A stretch of 64,000 nucleotides of DNA from Actinomycetota bacterium (GTDB lineage Bacteria > Actinomycetota > UBA4738 > CALAEC01), in NCBI GenBank assembly GCA_050693035.1, contig JBOGWB010000086.1, positions 1,640 through 65,639 of the forward strand, written 5' to 3'. The translations under genes were made by a program, and so were the position numbers. Below, one piece after another: positions 43,180 through 53,169 of the stretch. Every line of letters begins with the position of its first letter. Position 1 is the stretch's first letter. The notes beneath the pieces are model-generated. The model did not search any database. It worked only from the letters and a program-made list of their open reading frames with translations, and had not been told where the DNA came from.

Positions 43180-44475
43180 ATGGATGAGAGTGGCGGCAGG
43201 AGGATCCCGGCGGCGGTGGTGACGGTGAGCGATGGGGTCCGCGCCGGGACCCGGCGTGACGACTCGGGCGATGCCGTGGCGGGCCTGCTCGAGGCGGCCG
43301 GTTTCGACATCGTGCAGCGAGCCGTGGTCTCCGACGAGCGCGAGGAGATCGAGGAGACGCTTCGCGACCTCACGCGGATCGCCGATCTGGTCGTGACGAG
43401 TGGGGGAACGGGGTTCGGTCCCAGGGACGTCACTCCAGAAGCGACGCGCGCGGTGATCCACCGGGAGGCCCCCGGACTCGCCGAGCTGATGCGGACGGCC
43501 GGGACACAGAGCACTCCGATGGCGGCCTTGTCGAGAGGGGTCGCCGGCATCGTCGGGAGGTCACTCGTCGTCAACGTCCCCGGTTCCCTCCGCGGGGCCA
43601 CCGAAAGCCTGGAGGCCGTGCTTCCGGTCGTCTCGCACGCCCTGGACACGCTGGCGGGGAGGACGGAGCACGTGGGGGACCGGGCGCCGGAGCCCCAACG
43701 CTCGCCGGAACGGGCCGGTCACGCGCACGACCTCTCGGACGAGCTGGCCAGGCACCTCGGGCGGGGGGAGGAGGTCGTGGTGGCCACGGCGGTCCGGGTC
43801 CACGGCTCGCCGCCCTGCCTGCCGGGGCAGAAGATCCTCGTTGGAGGAGAGGGGCCGCTCGCCGGGACGCTGGGATGCGCCGAGTTCGATACCGGGGCCG
43901 TCGCGGACGCCCCCCGGGTGCTGGCCGAAGGGAAGCCGGCGATGCGCACGTATCAGCACGACCTCGGGTCCGTCGAGGTCTACCTGGAGCCTCATCGGCG
44001 GGCGCCGACGCTCGTCGTGCTCGGGGCAACCCCCGTGGCCGCCTGGCTCCTGCGGTGGGCGAACGATCTGGGCTACGGCACGGTATTGGTGGAGCCTCGA
44101 TCCGAACGGGTCACCGATGAGCACCGGGCGCTGGCCGGAGCGGTGGCGTCGTCCCCCGAGGAGGTGTCGCTCGAGGGCGACATCGGGGCGGTCCACACCG
44201 ACCATGACGCGCCGGCAGTGGCAGATCACATCGGCGTGCTCCTGAAGGCGGGGACGCGATTCGTCGGTGTGATGGGAAGCTCGCGGCATGCGGGTCCGCA
44301 CCTCGACGCGCTGAAGGCGATGGGCTTCTCCGACGAGGAGGTGGCGCGGGTGCGCACTCCGGTCGGGCTCGATGTAGGGGCCCGAACCCCGCAGGAGATC
44401 GCTCTGTCCATCCTCGCCGGACTCGTCGCCGCGAGGAACGAGCGGAACGGTGGCTGGCTCGACCGCCGTTCCTGA
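43180..44475 (+). CDS. Fusion protein: MogA/MoaB-type molybdopterin adenylyltransferase domain + XdhC-family domain
   Basis: ATG 43180 in track ORF 41938-44475; the upstream part is antisense to acs. The N-half has VVTSGGTGFGPRDVTPEAT...ALSRGVAGIVGRSLVVNVPGS (MoaB/Mog). The C-half has VVVATAVRVHGSPPCLPGQKILV...GTLGCAEFD and LVVLGATPVAAWLLRWANDLGY...VGVMGSSRH (XdhC N- and C-domains). Confidence 0.75.
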   Translation: MDESGGRRIPAAVVTVSDGVRAGTRRDDSGDAVAGLLEAAGFDIVQRAVVSDEREEIEETLRDLTRIADLVVTSGGTGFGPRDVTPEATRAVIHREAPGLAELMRTAGTQSTPMAALSRGVAGIVGRSLVVNVPGSLRGATESLEAVLPVVSHALDTLAGRTEHVGDRAPEPQRSPERAGHAHDLSDELARHLGRGEEVVVATAVRVHGSPPCLPGQKILVGGEGPLAGTLGCAEFDTGAVADAPRVLAEGKPAMRTYQHDLGSVEVYLEPHRRAPTLVVLGATPVAAWLLRWANDLGYGTVLVEPRSERVTDEHRALAGAVASSPEEVSLEGDIGAVHTDHDAPAVADHIGVLLKAGTRFVGVMGSSRHAGPHLDALKAMGFSDEEVARVRTPVGLDVGARTPQEIALSILAGLVAARNERNGGWLDRRS

Positions 44476-44492
44476 GGAGCCGTGATGGGGAT

Positions 44493-45185
44493 TTGAAGGT
44501 ACGGGTGAGGTTGTTCGGGGCGCTGGCCGAGCGCGCTGGGGCGGGGGAGACAGTGCTGGACCTCGGCGATGGCGCCACGGCCGGCCGTGTCGTGGAGGCG
44601 ATCGGGGACCGTCATCCGGAGACCGCCGGTCTTCTCGCCCAGGTCTCCCTGGCAGTGAACCTCGAAGTCGTTACGGCGAACGAGCCGCTTGCCGACAACG
44701 ACGAGGTGGCGCTGCTCCCCCCTGTCGCCGGCGGCGAGGCGCGCATCCACGTCGGGATCCGGGAGGGATCGCCGTCGGTCGATGAAGCGCTCAAGGCGGT
44801 GGCCGCGCCCGAGGCCGGCGGGACCGTGGTCTTCCTCGGCACCGTCCGCGACCACTCCGACGACATGGGTCGTGTGGAGCGACTCGAGTACTCCGCCTAC
44901 CGGGAGATGGCCGAGAAGATCCTGAGCGACGTGGCCGGGGAAGCCGCCGCGCGGTGGCCGCTCATCGGCGTCGCCGTCTTCCACGGGGTCGGCGACCTGT
45001 CGATCGGGGACCACACCGTGGTGGTCGCCTGTTCCGCCGAGCACCGAGGCGAGGCGTTCGAGGCGTGCCGGTTCGTCATCGACGAGGTCAAGGGGCGGGT
45101 TCCCATCTGGAAGAAGGAGGTCGGGCCCGGCGGCGAGCGGTGGGTGGGCCTCGAGGGCGAAGCCCCCGGCACCGAGGCTCGATGA
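44493..45185 (+). CDS. Fused molybdopterin synthase MoaD-MoaE (MoaX-like)
   Basis: TTG 44493 start (alternative GTG 44505). Residues 1-81 are MoaD-like and end LLPPVAGG (GG at nt 44730-44735). Residues 82-230 are MoaE-like (GTVVFLGTVRDHS...LEYSAYREMAEK...VFHGVGDLSIGDHTVVVACSAEHRGEAFEACRFVIDEVKGRVPIWKKE). Confidence 0.8.
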   Translation: MKVRVRLFGALAERAGAGETVLDLGDGATAGRVVEAIGDRHPETAGLLAQVSLAVNLEVVTANEPLADNDEVALLPPVAGGEARIHVGIREGSPSVDEALKAVAAPEAGGTVVFLGTVRDHSDDMGRVERLEYSAYREMAEKILSDVAGEAAARWPLIGVAVFHGVGDLSIGDHTVVVACSAEHRGEAFEACRFVIDEVKGRVPIWKKEVGPGGERWVGLEGEAPGTEAR

Positions 45186-46435
45186 CGGAGGGTCACGACC
45201 ACCACGGTCACGACGGGGGCGACCTCCTCCCGTGGGAGGAGTATCGGCGGCGCATCCTGTCCTCGATCGAGCCGCTGCCCCACGTCGATCTCCCGCTGCG
45301 CGAGGCCTTCGGCTGCGTTCTCGCGGAGGAGGTGCGGGCCACCCGTGACATCCCCTTCTTCGCCTCGTCGGCCATGGACGGATTCGCCGTTCGCGCGGAG
45401 GACATCTCGGGGGCGACCGAGCAGCGGCCCGTGGGGCTGGTCGTGACGGGCCAGGTCGAGATGGGCCGACCGCCCGACCTCGCGGTGGGTCCGGGAGGAG
45501 CCGTGGGGATACCGACCGGTGGCGCCCTTCCCGAGGGCGCCGACTGCGTCGTTCCCATCGAGGAGTGCCGCGTCGAGGACCGCCGTGTTCTGATCCTCCA
45601 CGCAAACCCATCCGGCAGGCACGTCCGTCCCGCGGGGCAGGACCTTCGCTCGGGCGATGTCCTCCTGGGCCCCGGCACCCGCCTCCTCGGACCACAGCTC
45701 GGTCTTCTGGCGACCGGGAGCCGTGCGACCGTTCGTGTGCATCCGCCGGCGCGCGTGGTCGTGGCCTCCACCGGGGACGAGCTCGTCGAGCCGGGCGAGC
45801 CCGCCGAGTTCGGGCAGGTCCACGACGCGAACGGGCTGACGCTGTTCGGCGCGGTGCGGGAGGCGGGAGCCGAGCCGGCCGTTGGCGGGATCGTGCGCGA
45901 CGACCCCGAGGCGCTGCGCAAGCTGGTGGAGACGACGGATGCCGACGCCTTCGTGAGCTCCGGGGGTGTGTCGGTTGGTGAGCGTGACCCGGTGAAGGCA
46001 GCCTTCCTCGAGGGCGGCGAAGTGGAGTTCTTCCGGCTCGCTATCCAGCCGGGGATGCCCCAGGCGTTCGGCCGCGTCGGCGGGCGGCCGTTCTTCGGGC
46101 TTCCCGGGAACCCCGTTTCGGTGTTCGTGTCATTCGAGCTGTTCGTGCGTCCGGCGATCCTCGCGCTCATGGGGCGCCGCGACCTGTTCCGTCCGGAGAT
46201 CCCGGCGTCGCTGGAAGCCGACATCGAGGGCCTTCCGCGGAAGACCCGCTTCGCTCGGGTGCGCGTGCGTCGGGCGGACGGCGGCTTCCTCGCCTCTCCC
46301 ATCGGCGGCCCGCAGTCGAACCTGCTCTCGACCGCGGCCCGGGCCAACGGCCTGGCCATCATTCCGGCGGGGACGAAGGTGATGCTCGCGGGCGCCGAGT
46401 GCGCGGTGATTCTCATCGGCGACGTGGAGGCATGA
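45182..46435 (+). CDS. moeA: Molybdopterin molybdenumtransferase
   Basis: ATG 45182 (ATGA overlap). Features: SAMDGFAV, IPTGGALPEGADCVVPIE, HVRPAGQD, STGDELV, SGGVSVGERD, AIQPGMPQAFG, GLPGNPVSVFVSFELFVRP. Confidence 0.88.
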   Translation: MTEGHDHHGHDGGDLLPWEEYRRRILSSIEPLPHVDLPLREAFGCVLAEEVRATRDIPFFASSAMDGFAVRAEDISGATEQRPVGLVVTGQVEMGRPPDLAVGPGGAVGIPTGGALPEGADCVVPIEECRVEDRRVLILHANPSGRHVRPAGQDLRSGDVLLGPGTRLLGPQLGLLATGSRATVRVHPPARVVVASTGDELVEPGEPAEFGQVHDANGLTLFGAVREAGAEPAVGGIVRDDPEALRKLVETTDADAFVSSGGVSVGERDPVKAAFLEGGEVEFFRLAIQPGMPQAFGRVGGRPFFGLPGNPVSVFVSFELFVRPAILALMGRRDLFRPEIPASLEADIEGLPRKTRFARVRVRRADGGFLASPIGGPQSNLLSTAARANGLAIIPAGTKVMLAGAECAVILIGDVEA

Positions 46436-46917
46436 CGGTGGGCGAAGGCGCGAACGAAGACCGTCCCGAGGACGCCGTCCGGATGGTCGAGGTCGGAGGA
46501 AAGGAGATGACGGAACGACGGGCTGTGGCGTCGTGCGTGGTGTCAATGACGCCCGACGCGTGTGCCCGCCTGATCGCGGGGACGCCCAAGGGCGATCCCC
46601 TGGAGGCGGCCCGCGTCGCGGGGCTGCTCGGGGCGAAGCGCACCCCCGAGCTCCTCCCGTTCTGCCATCCGGTTGCCATCACCGGAGCGGAGGTGGCCGT
46701 GGAGCCGGACCCGGCGGAGGGCCGGGTGACGATCCGGGCCACCGTGAGAGCGCGGGACCGCACCGGCGTTGAGATGGAGGCCCTGACCGCGTGCGCGCTC
46801 GCGGCGCTCTCCATCTACGACACGACGAAGGCGTACGATCGCGCCGCGGTCATCTCAGATCTCAAGCTCGTCGAGAAGGACGGAGGGAAGAGCGGGCAGT
46901 ACCGACGGGGTACGTGA
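46432..46917 (+). CDS. moaC: Cyclic pyranopterin monophosphate synthase accessory protein
   Basis: ATG 46432 (ATGA overlap). Features: MVEVGGKEMTERRAVA, KGDPLEAARVAGLLGAKRTPELLPFCHPV, TGVEMEALTACALAALSIYD. Confidence 0.88.
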   Translation: MTVGEGANEDRPEDAVRMVEVGGKEMTERRAVASCVVSMTPDACARLIAGTPKGDPLEAARVAGLLGAKRTPELLPFCHPVAITGAEVAVEPDPAEGRVTIRATVRARDRTGVEMEALTACALAALSIYDTTKAYDRAAVISDLKLVEKDGGKSGQYRRGT

Positions 46918-46978
46918 GGAAGCGCTGCCTGTCATTCTGTTGCGGGGCCACACCGGACTTGGTTGACTCGGAGGACGC

Positions 46979-48199
46979 ATGAAGCGGGACGAGCGATTCG
47001 CGGAAGAGGCGGGGCGCGACGCCGAGCGGATGACCGCGTTCCTCAGCGACCTCATCGCCAGGCCCAGCCTGTCGCGGCGCGAGGACGCCGTGGTCCAGCG
47101 GATCGCTTCCGAGATGACTGACCTTGGTTTCGACGAGGTCACGGTGGACGGATTCGGGAGCGTCATCGGCCGCATCGGTGACGGACCGGTCCACATCGTC
47201 TACGACTCCCACATCGACGTCGTGGACGTCGGCGACCCCGCAACCTGGAAGACGCGGCCGTTCGAGCCGGTGATCGAGGGGCGGACCCTCTACGGGCGAG
47301 GTGCGTCGGACAACAAGGCCGCCACCGCCTCGATGGTCTACGGCGCCGCGATGATCAAGCGGCTGGGGATCGACGCTTCCCGGTTCACGATCCACGTCAT
47401 CGGGACCGTGCAGGAGGAGGACTGCGACGGGCTCGCCCTCGAGCACATCCTCACGAAGGAGCTGCCCGACGTGAAGCTCGTGGTGCTTGGAGAGGCCACC
47501 AACCTCCAGGTCTATCGGGGGCATCGTGGGCGCGTGGAGTTTGCCGTCCACACGCGGGGCCGGGCGGCGCACGCCTCCGCCCCCGAGCGCGGCATCAACG
47601 CCATCTACAAGATGGCCCCGATCCTCCAGCAGATCGAGGAGCTCAACGATCGTCTGTCCGTGGACCCGTTCCTGGGCAAGGGCACGGTGGTGGTGTCGAG
47701 GGTCGAGGCCCAGACCCCCTCGATCAACGCGGTCCCCGACGGGTGCACGATCTACCTGGACCGCCGACTCACACTCGGAGAGTCGGTGGAGTCGGCGCGG
47801 AACGAGCTCGAGTCGCTGCCGGCGGTGCAGGACGGGGAGGCGACCATCGAGCTGCTGTCCTACGAGGGCAAGAGCTACACGGGCCTCACGCTGGTGACGG
47901 ACAAGTACTTCCCCACGTGGGTGATCCCGGAGAGCGATCCGGCGGTGGCGGCCGGCGTGGGGGCGGCCGAGCGGGCGCTTGGCCGGACCCCCGAGGTCGG
48001 CCGCTGGGTGTTCTCCACGAACGGTGTGGCCAGCGCCGGGAAGCTCGGGATCACCACGATCGGGTTCGGTCCGAGCAACGAGGTGTGGGCGCACAGCCCC
48101 GACGACCAGTGTCCCATCGACGACCTCCCACAGGCGGCGGCGTGGTACGCCGCGTTCCCGGAGGTCTACCTGTCGGCGTCGGGCGAGCGGGCGGGCTAG
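46979..48199 (+). CDS. ygeY: YgeY-family M20 metallopeptidase/deacylase
   Basis: 406-aa ORF. Features: YDSHIDVVDVGDPATW, LYGRGASDNKAA, TVQEEDCDG, VLGEATN...YRGHRGR, HASAPERGINAIYKM, GFGPSNEVWAHSPDD. Size and motifs match my recollection of E. coli YgeY (about 400 aa). Confidence 0.75.
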   Translation: MKRDERFAEEAGRDAERMTAFLSDLIARPSLSRREDAVVQRIASEMTDLGFDEVTVDGFGSVIGRIGDGPVHIVYDSHIDVVDVGDPATWKTRPFEPVIEGRTLYGRGASDNKAATASMVYGAAMIKRLGIDASRFTIHVIGTVQEEDCDGLALEHILTKELPDVKLVVLGEATNLQVYRGHRGRVEFAVHTRGRAAHASAPERGINAIYKMAPILQQIEELNDRLSVDPFLGKGTVVVSRVEAQTPSINAVPDGCTIYLDRRLTLGESVESARNELESLPAVQDGEATIELLSYEGKSYTGLTLVTDKYFPTWVIPESDPAVAAGVGAAERALGRTPEVGRWVFSTNGVASAGKLGITTIGFGPSNEVWAHSPDDQCPIDDLPQAAAWYAAFPEVYLSASGERAG

Positions 48200-48209
48200 G
48201 AGGCCGGAT

Positions 48210-50840
48210 ATGGCCACGCTGCGGTTCACGTTGAACGGGCATCCCGCGGAGGCAGAACCTCGCGAGGGAGCCAGCCTCCTCGACGTCCTCCGGGAAGACT
48301 GCGGACTCACCTCGATGAAGGACGGGTGCGCTCCCGAGGGCTCCTGCGGCGCGTGCACCGTGATCGTCGACGGCAAGGCCGTGGTGTCGTGCGCTCAGAG
48401 GGCCGCCCGAGCCGAGGGCAAGCACGTCACGACGCTCGAGGGTCTGCCCCAGGAGACGCGCGACCGGTGGGCCGACTCGTTCGTGGCTTCCGGCGCTTCC
48501 CAGTGCGGGTTCTGCTCGCCGGGGATCGTCATGAAGTCCGAGGCCATGCTGGAGAAGAATCCCCAACCCTCTCGGGAGGAGATCGCTCGGGGGCTGGCGG
48601 GGAACCTGTGCCGGTGCACGGGCTACGTGAAGATCGTGGACGCGGTGGACCTCGCCGCCCGGGCCCGCCGCGGTGAGCACGTCCCCGGTCCCGAAACGTC
48701 CGGCCGTGTGGGGGCCCGAACCGCCCGGTACGAGGGCCGGGACCTGGCCCTCGGCTCGAAGCCCTACGTCAACGACATGACGGCCGAAGGCCTGCTCCAC
48801 GGGGCGGTTCGCTTCTCCGACCACCCGCGGGCGAGGGTCCTCCGGATCGACACGACGAAGGCGGAGGCCCATCCCGAGGTCGTCGCCGTCGTGACGGCGA
48901 AGGACGTGCCGGGAGAGCGGCTCCAGGGACTCATCACCAGGGATTGGCGGCAGTTCGTGGCTGAAGGTGAGGTCACCAGCTGCGTCGGCGATGTCCTCGC
49001 CGCGGTGGCTGCGGAGACCCGGGCGGGGGCGCGCGAAGCGGCGGGGCTCGTCGAGGTGGACTACGAGGTGCTGGAGCCGGTGACGGATCCCCGCGACGCC
49101 CTGAAGCCCGACGCCCCCGAGCTCCAGGAGAACGGCAACGTGCTCTCCGTATCGAAGGTCAAGCAGGGAGACGTGGACGCCGCCTTGAAGGACGCCGCCC
49201 ATCGGGTCACCGAGCGGTTCGAGACCCAGTGGATCGAGCACGCGTTCCTCGAGCCGGAGTCCTCCCTGGCCGTGCCGTCGGAGGACGGCGGGCTGCACTT
49301 CTACTCCCAGGGACAGGGCGTCTGGGACGACCGCCGGCAGGTCGCATCGTTCCTCGGCCTGCCCGTGGAGAAGATCCGGGCCACGCAGGTATCGAACGGG
49401 GGGGCGTTCGGGGCGAAGGAGGACCTCAACGTCCAGTGCCACGCGTCCCTCCTGGCCCTCCGAACTGAGCGGCCGGTCAGGATCACGCTGTCGCGGGCGG
49501 AGAGCATCCGCTTCCACGCCAAGCGCCACCCGCTGTACATGGAGTACACGGCGGGATCCGATGCGGACGGCCACCTGGTGGCGGTGCGGGCGCGGATCAT
49601 CGGCGACACCGGCGCCTACGCCAGCGTGGGCGACAAGGTCCTGGAGCGCGCGGCGGGACATGCCTGCGGGCCGTACAAGGTTCCCAACGTCGACGTGGAG
49701 GCCCGCGCCGTCTACACGAACAACCCGCCGGCGGGAGCCATGCGGGGGTTCGGGGTGAACCAGGTGAACTTCGCCGTGGAGGGCATCCTCGACCTGCTCG
49801 CCGAGCAGGTGGGCATCGATCTTTGGGAGATCAGGTGGCGGAACGCCCTCGCCGAGGGCGACACGTTCGCCACCGGGCAGGTCCTTGGGCCCGGCGTCGG
49901 GCTGAAGAAGACCCTGGAAGCGGTGCGAGACGCGTTCCATTCGGCGAAGTACGCGGGCATCGCCTGTGGCCTCAAGAACAGCGGCGTCGGAAACGGCCTC
50001 ACCGAGTGGGGAAAGGCCATCCTGCGGGTCGAGGACGACGGCTCCGTCACGCTCTTCCATTCGTGGACGGAGATGGGCCAGGGCGTCCACACCGCGCTGC
50101 TCCAGATCGCCTGCGAGGAGCTGGGGCTCTCCCCGGAGAGGGTCCGGGTCGCGGTGGACACGATCCGAGACATCGACACCGGGCAGTGCACCGCGTCCCG
50201 ATCCACCGTGCTCGGTGGCAGGGCGGTGATCGAGGCCGCGCGCAAGCTCAACGCCCAGCTCGACGGGAAGAAGCTCGAGGAGCTCGCCGGCGAGGAGTTC
50301 TACGGCGAGTATAAGGTCGACTGGACCCATAAGCTCGGCACCGGACCCCCCGGGGGCGCCACCCACTACGCGTATGGATGGGCTACCCAGGTGTGCATCC
50401 TCGACGAGAATGGTCGCATCGAGCGGATCGTGGCCGCCCACGACGTGGGGAGGGTCATCAACCCCACGCTCCTGGAGGGTCAGATCGAAGGGGCAGTGCA
50501 CATGGGTCTGGGACATGCCCTATCCGAGGAGCTCGTCCTGGAGGGCGGAGTGCCCACGACCACCACGCTGAAGTCGCTCGGCATCATCCCTCCCATCGGG
50601 ATGCCAGAGGTCGAGTGCCTGTTCGTGGAGGAGCATCAGCCCGAGGGACCCTACGGAGCGAAGGGGGTAGGTGAGATCGGGCTGGTGCCGACGGCCTCGG
50701 CCGTGCGGACCGCGCTCTATCGCTACGACGGGGAGTTCCGCACCCGGCTGCCGATGGTCGACTCACCGGCGGCGCGGGCGGCGGTTCCGCGGTTGGCCGC
50801 GGCGGCCGCACGCCGGAGCGGAGAGGATCCTGCCACGTGA
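48210..50840 (+). CDS. xdhD: Fused [2Fe-2S] + molybdopterin-binding xanthine-dehydrogenase-family protein (XdhD-like)
   Basis: ATG 48210 with AGGAGG upstream, in track ORF 47979-50840, 876 aa. The N-terminus has CAPEGSCGACTV and QCGFCSPG...NLCRCTGY (two 2Fe-2S sites). Then Mo-domain motifs GGAFGAKED and GAMRGFGVNQ, and C-terminal YGAKGVGEIGLVP. Confidence 0.85.
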   Translation: MATLRFTLNGHPAEAEPREGASLLDVLREDCGLTSMKDGCAPEGSCGACTVIVDGKAVVSCAQRAARAEGKHVTTLEGLPQETRDRWADSFVASGASQCGFCSPGIVMKSEAMLEKNPQPSREEIARGLAGNLCRCTGYVKIVDAVDLAARARRGEHVPGPETSGRVGARTARYEGRDLALGSKPYVNDMTAEGLLHGAVRFSDHPRARVLRIDTTKAEAHPEVVAVVTAKDVPGERLQGLITRDWRQFVAEGEVTSCVGDVLAAVAAETRAGAREAAGLVEVDYEVLEPVTDPRDALKPDAPELQENGNVLSVSKVKQGDVDAALKDAAHRVTERFETQWIEHAFLEPESSLAVPSEDGGLHFYSQGQGVWDDRRQVASFLGLPVEKIRATQVSNGGAFGAKEDLNVQCHASLLALRTERPVRITLSRAESIRFHAKRHPLYMEYTAGSDADGHLVAVRARIIGDTGAYASVGDKVLERAAGHACGPYKVPNVDVEARAVYTNNPPAGAMRGFGVNQVNFAVEGILDLLAEQVGIDLWEIRWRNALAEGDTFATGQVLGPGVGLKKTLEAVRDAFHSAKYAGIACGLKNSGVGNGLTEWGKAILRVEDDGSVTLFHSWTEMGQGVHTALLQIACEELGLSPERVRVAVDTIRDIDTGQCTASRSTVLGGRAVIEAARKLNAQLDGKKLEELAGEEFYGEYKVDWTHKLGTGPPGGATHYAYGWATQVCILDENGRIERIVAAHDVGRVINPTLLEGQIEGAVHMGLGHALSEELVLEGGVPTTTTLKSLGIIPPIGMPEVECLFVEEHQPEGPYGAKGVGEIGLVPTASAVRTALYRYDGEFRTRLPMVDSPAARAAVPRLAAAAARRSGEDPAT

Positions 50841-52165
50841 CCCTGGCGCTCACCGGCGGCACCGTGGTGACCGGGCTGGACCGAACGGAGCTGACCGAGG
50901 CCGACGTCGTCCTCGACGGCCCCAGGATCGCGGCGGTGGGCGGCCGCCTTCCCGACGACTCGTCCGTGCGTGACTGCTCCGGATGCCTGGTGATCCCGGG
51001 GAACGTCTGCGCCCACCATCACCTCTACTCCTCCCTGGCGAGGGGAATGCCGTACCGGCTCGAGGCGCCCCGCAACTTCCTCCAGATCCTCCAGCGGGTG
51101 TGGTGGCGGCTGGACCGAGCCCTGGACGAGGACCTGGTCCGAGCGTCGGCTCTCGTCGGGGCGCTCGACGCCGTGCTCTCGGGCACCACGACCATCGTCG
51201 ACCATCACTCCTCACCGAACGCCGTCGACGGCTCGCTCGATCTGGTGGCCGACGCCCTCGAAGAGGTGGGGATCCGCTCGGTGCTGGCCTACGAGGTCAG
51301 CGACCGAGACGGTCGGGAGCGGGCTCAGGCGGGAATCGGGGAGAATGCACGGTTCATCGACCGCCGCCACCGGCTGTCCCGGGGGATGGTCGGCGCGCAC
51401 GCGTCCTTCACCCTTTCGGAAGAGACCCTGGTGGCGTGCGTCGAGCTGGCTCGTCGATCGCGGACCGGGATCCACGTCCACGTGGCCGAGGACGAGACGG
51501 ATCAGGCAGACGCGGAGGGGCGGTTCCGCCGCCGGGTGGTCCAGCGTCTTGCGGACTCGGGGGCGCTTTCGGAATCCGACCTCCTGGCCCACTGCGTGCA
51601 CCTGGAGCAGGCCGAGGCGGCCATCGTGCGCGAGGCCGGGGCCACCATCGCTCACAACCCTCGATCGAACATGAACAACGGCGTCGGCCGGGCTCGGGTG
51701 GCCCTGCTCGGGGAGCGGGTCGCCCTGGGGACCGACGGGATCGGCGGCGACATGATCACCGAGTCCCAGACTGCCTACTGGCGGGCCCGCGAAGACGATG
51801 TCCTGGTGACGCCGGCGTGGGCGCTCGGGCGCCTGTCGGAGGGGGCGCGGTTCGCCGGCCGCGCCTGGCGCGAGCCTCAGCTCGGCAGGATCGAGCCCGG
51901 GGCGCCGGCCGACGTCGTGGTGGTGGAGTACACCCCTCCCACGCCCCTCACCGTCGACGGCTTCCCGGGACATTGGATCTTCGGGATCTCCTCGCGCCAC
52001 GTCCGGGACGTGATCGTGGCCGGGGAGGTGGTAGTGGACCACCGCCGGCCGGTGCGCGTCGACCCGGAGGAGATCCTGTCGAACGCGTCCGGCGAGGCGG
52101 CCCGGTTGTGGGACCGGCTCACCGAGATCGAGCCGCACGAGTTCGAGCCCGCGGGCGCGCGATGA
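50837..52165 (+). CDS. ssnA: SsnA-like amidohydrolase (chlorohydrolase/aminohydrolase family)
   Basis: GTG 50837 (GTGA overlap), 442 aa. Features: [67 protein letters not shown]. It lies directly after the xdhD-like gene, as in E. coli. Confidence 0.75.
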   Translation: MTLALTGGTVVTGLDRTELTEADVVLDGPRIAAVGGRLPDDSSVRDCSGCLVIPGNVCAHHHLYSSLARGMPYRLEAPRNFLQILQRVWWRLDRALDEDLVRASALVGALDAVLSGTTTIVDHHSSPNAVDGSLDLVADALEEVGIRSVLAYEVSDRDGRERAQAGIGENARFIDRRHRLSRGMVGAHASFTLSEETLVACVELARRSRTGIHVHVAEDETDQADAEGRFRRRVVQRLADSGALSESDLLAHCVHLEQAEAAIVREAGATIAHNPRSNMNNGVGRARVALLGERVALGTDGIGGDMITESQTAYWRAREDDVLVTPAWALGRLSEGARFAGRAWREPQLGRIEPGAPADVVVVEYTPPTPLTVDGFPGHWIFGISSRHVRDVIVAGEVVVDHRRPVRVDPEEILSNASGEAARLWDRLTEIEPHEFEPAGAR

Positions 52166-53169
52166 CCACGTCGCCGCCTCGTGTGGCGCTCTACCTCCAG
52201 GACAAGCACCCCATCCGCGAGGGCATGAAGTTCGTCCGGTACGCCGAAGAGCGCGGCTTCGAGGCGGTGTGGCAGGCTGAGAGCCGACTGGTCCGGGAGG
52301 CCACCATCCCTCTGGCTGCATTCGCCGCCGTGACCGAGCGTCTCAAGCTCGGCTCGGGGGTGGTCAACATCTGGACCCGGAACGTGGCGCTTCTCGCCGC
52401 CACGTTCTCGACGCTCTGGGAGCTGGCCCCGCGCCGCGTCCTGCTCGGACTCGGCGCGTGGTGGGAGCCCCTGGCCACGAAGGTCGGCGTGAACCGACGG
52501 AGGTCGCTCCAGGCCATGCGGGAGGTCGTCGAGGTCACCCGGCGGTTGCTGAGTCTGGAACGGGTCACGTTCGACGGAGAGTTCGTGAAGGTGAATGACA
52601 TCGAGCTCGACATCGTCCACGGCGACCGCTCGCCGCGCGACGTCCCCATCTTCATCGGGGCCACCGGAATGAAGATGATGGAGCTCGCCGGGGAGATCGC
52701 CGACGGGGTGGTCCTCAACTACCTCGTGAGTCCTCGGTACAACGCCCGGGCGATGGAGGCGCTTGCGGCGGGAGCGGAGCGGGCCGGGAGGACCGTCGAG
52801 GACGTGGACCGCCCGCAGCTCGTGGTGTGCTCGCTCGACGAGGACCGGGACCGGGCGCTCGACCGCGCTAGGGAGCTGGTCACGCAGTACCTGGGGCAGC
52901 AACCGCACATCATGAAGGCCTCCGGCGTCGACCAGTCGCTCCTCGACGAGATCGGGAAGGTCATGACGTGGCCGGCGGGTCCAGAGGAGATCCGTCGGGC
53001 CATGGAGCTCGTCCCCGATGAGGTCGTGCACATGATCACGGCGTCGGGGACCCCGGAGGAATGCCGGGCCAAGGTCGGGGAGTACGTCGACTCGGGCTGC
53101 ACGTGCCCGATCCTCTACCCGCTCGGGGACGACGTGTACTCGATGATCGACGCGTTCGAGACGAACTGA
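52162..53169 (+). CDS. Luciferase-like monooxygenase (LLM) family oxidoreductase, possibly F420-dependent
   Basis: ATG 52162 (ATGA overlap), 335 aa. LLM pattern: [56 protein letters not shown]. The cofactor (F420 or FMN) cannot be decided by eye. Confidence 0.75.
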   Translation: MTTSPPRVALYLQDKHPIREGMKFVRYAEERGFEAVWQAESRLVREATIPLAAFAAVTERLKLGSGVVNIWTRNVALLAATFSTLWELAPRRVLLGLGAWWEPLATKVGVNRRRSLQAMREVVEVTRRLLSLERVTFDGEFVKVNDIELDIVHGDRSPRDVPIFIGATGMKMMELAGEIADGVVLNYLVSPRYNARAMEALAAGAERAGRTVEDVDRPQLVVCSLDEDRDRALDRARELVTQYLGQQPHIMKASGVDQSLLDEIGKVMTWPAGPEEIRRAMELVPDEVVHMITASGTPEECRAKVGEYVDSGCTCPILYPLGDDVYSMIDAFETN

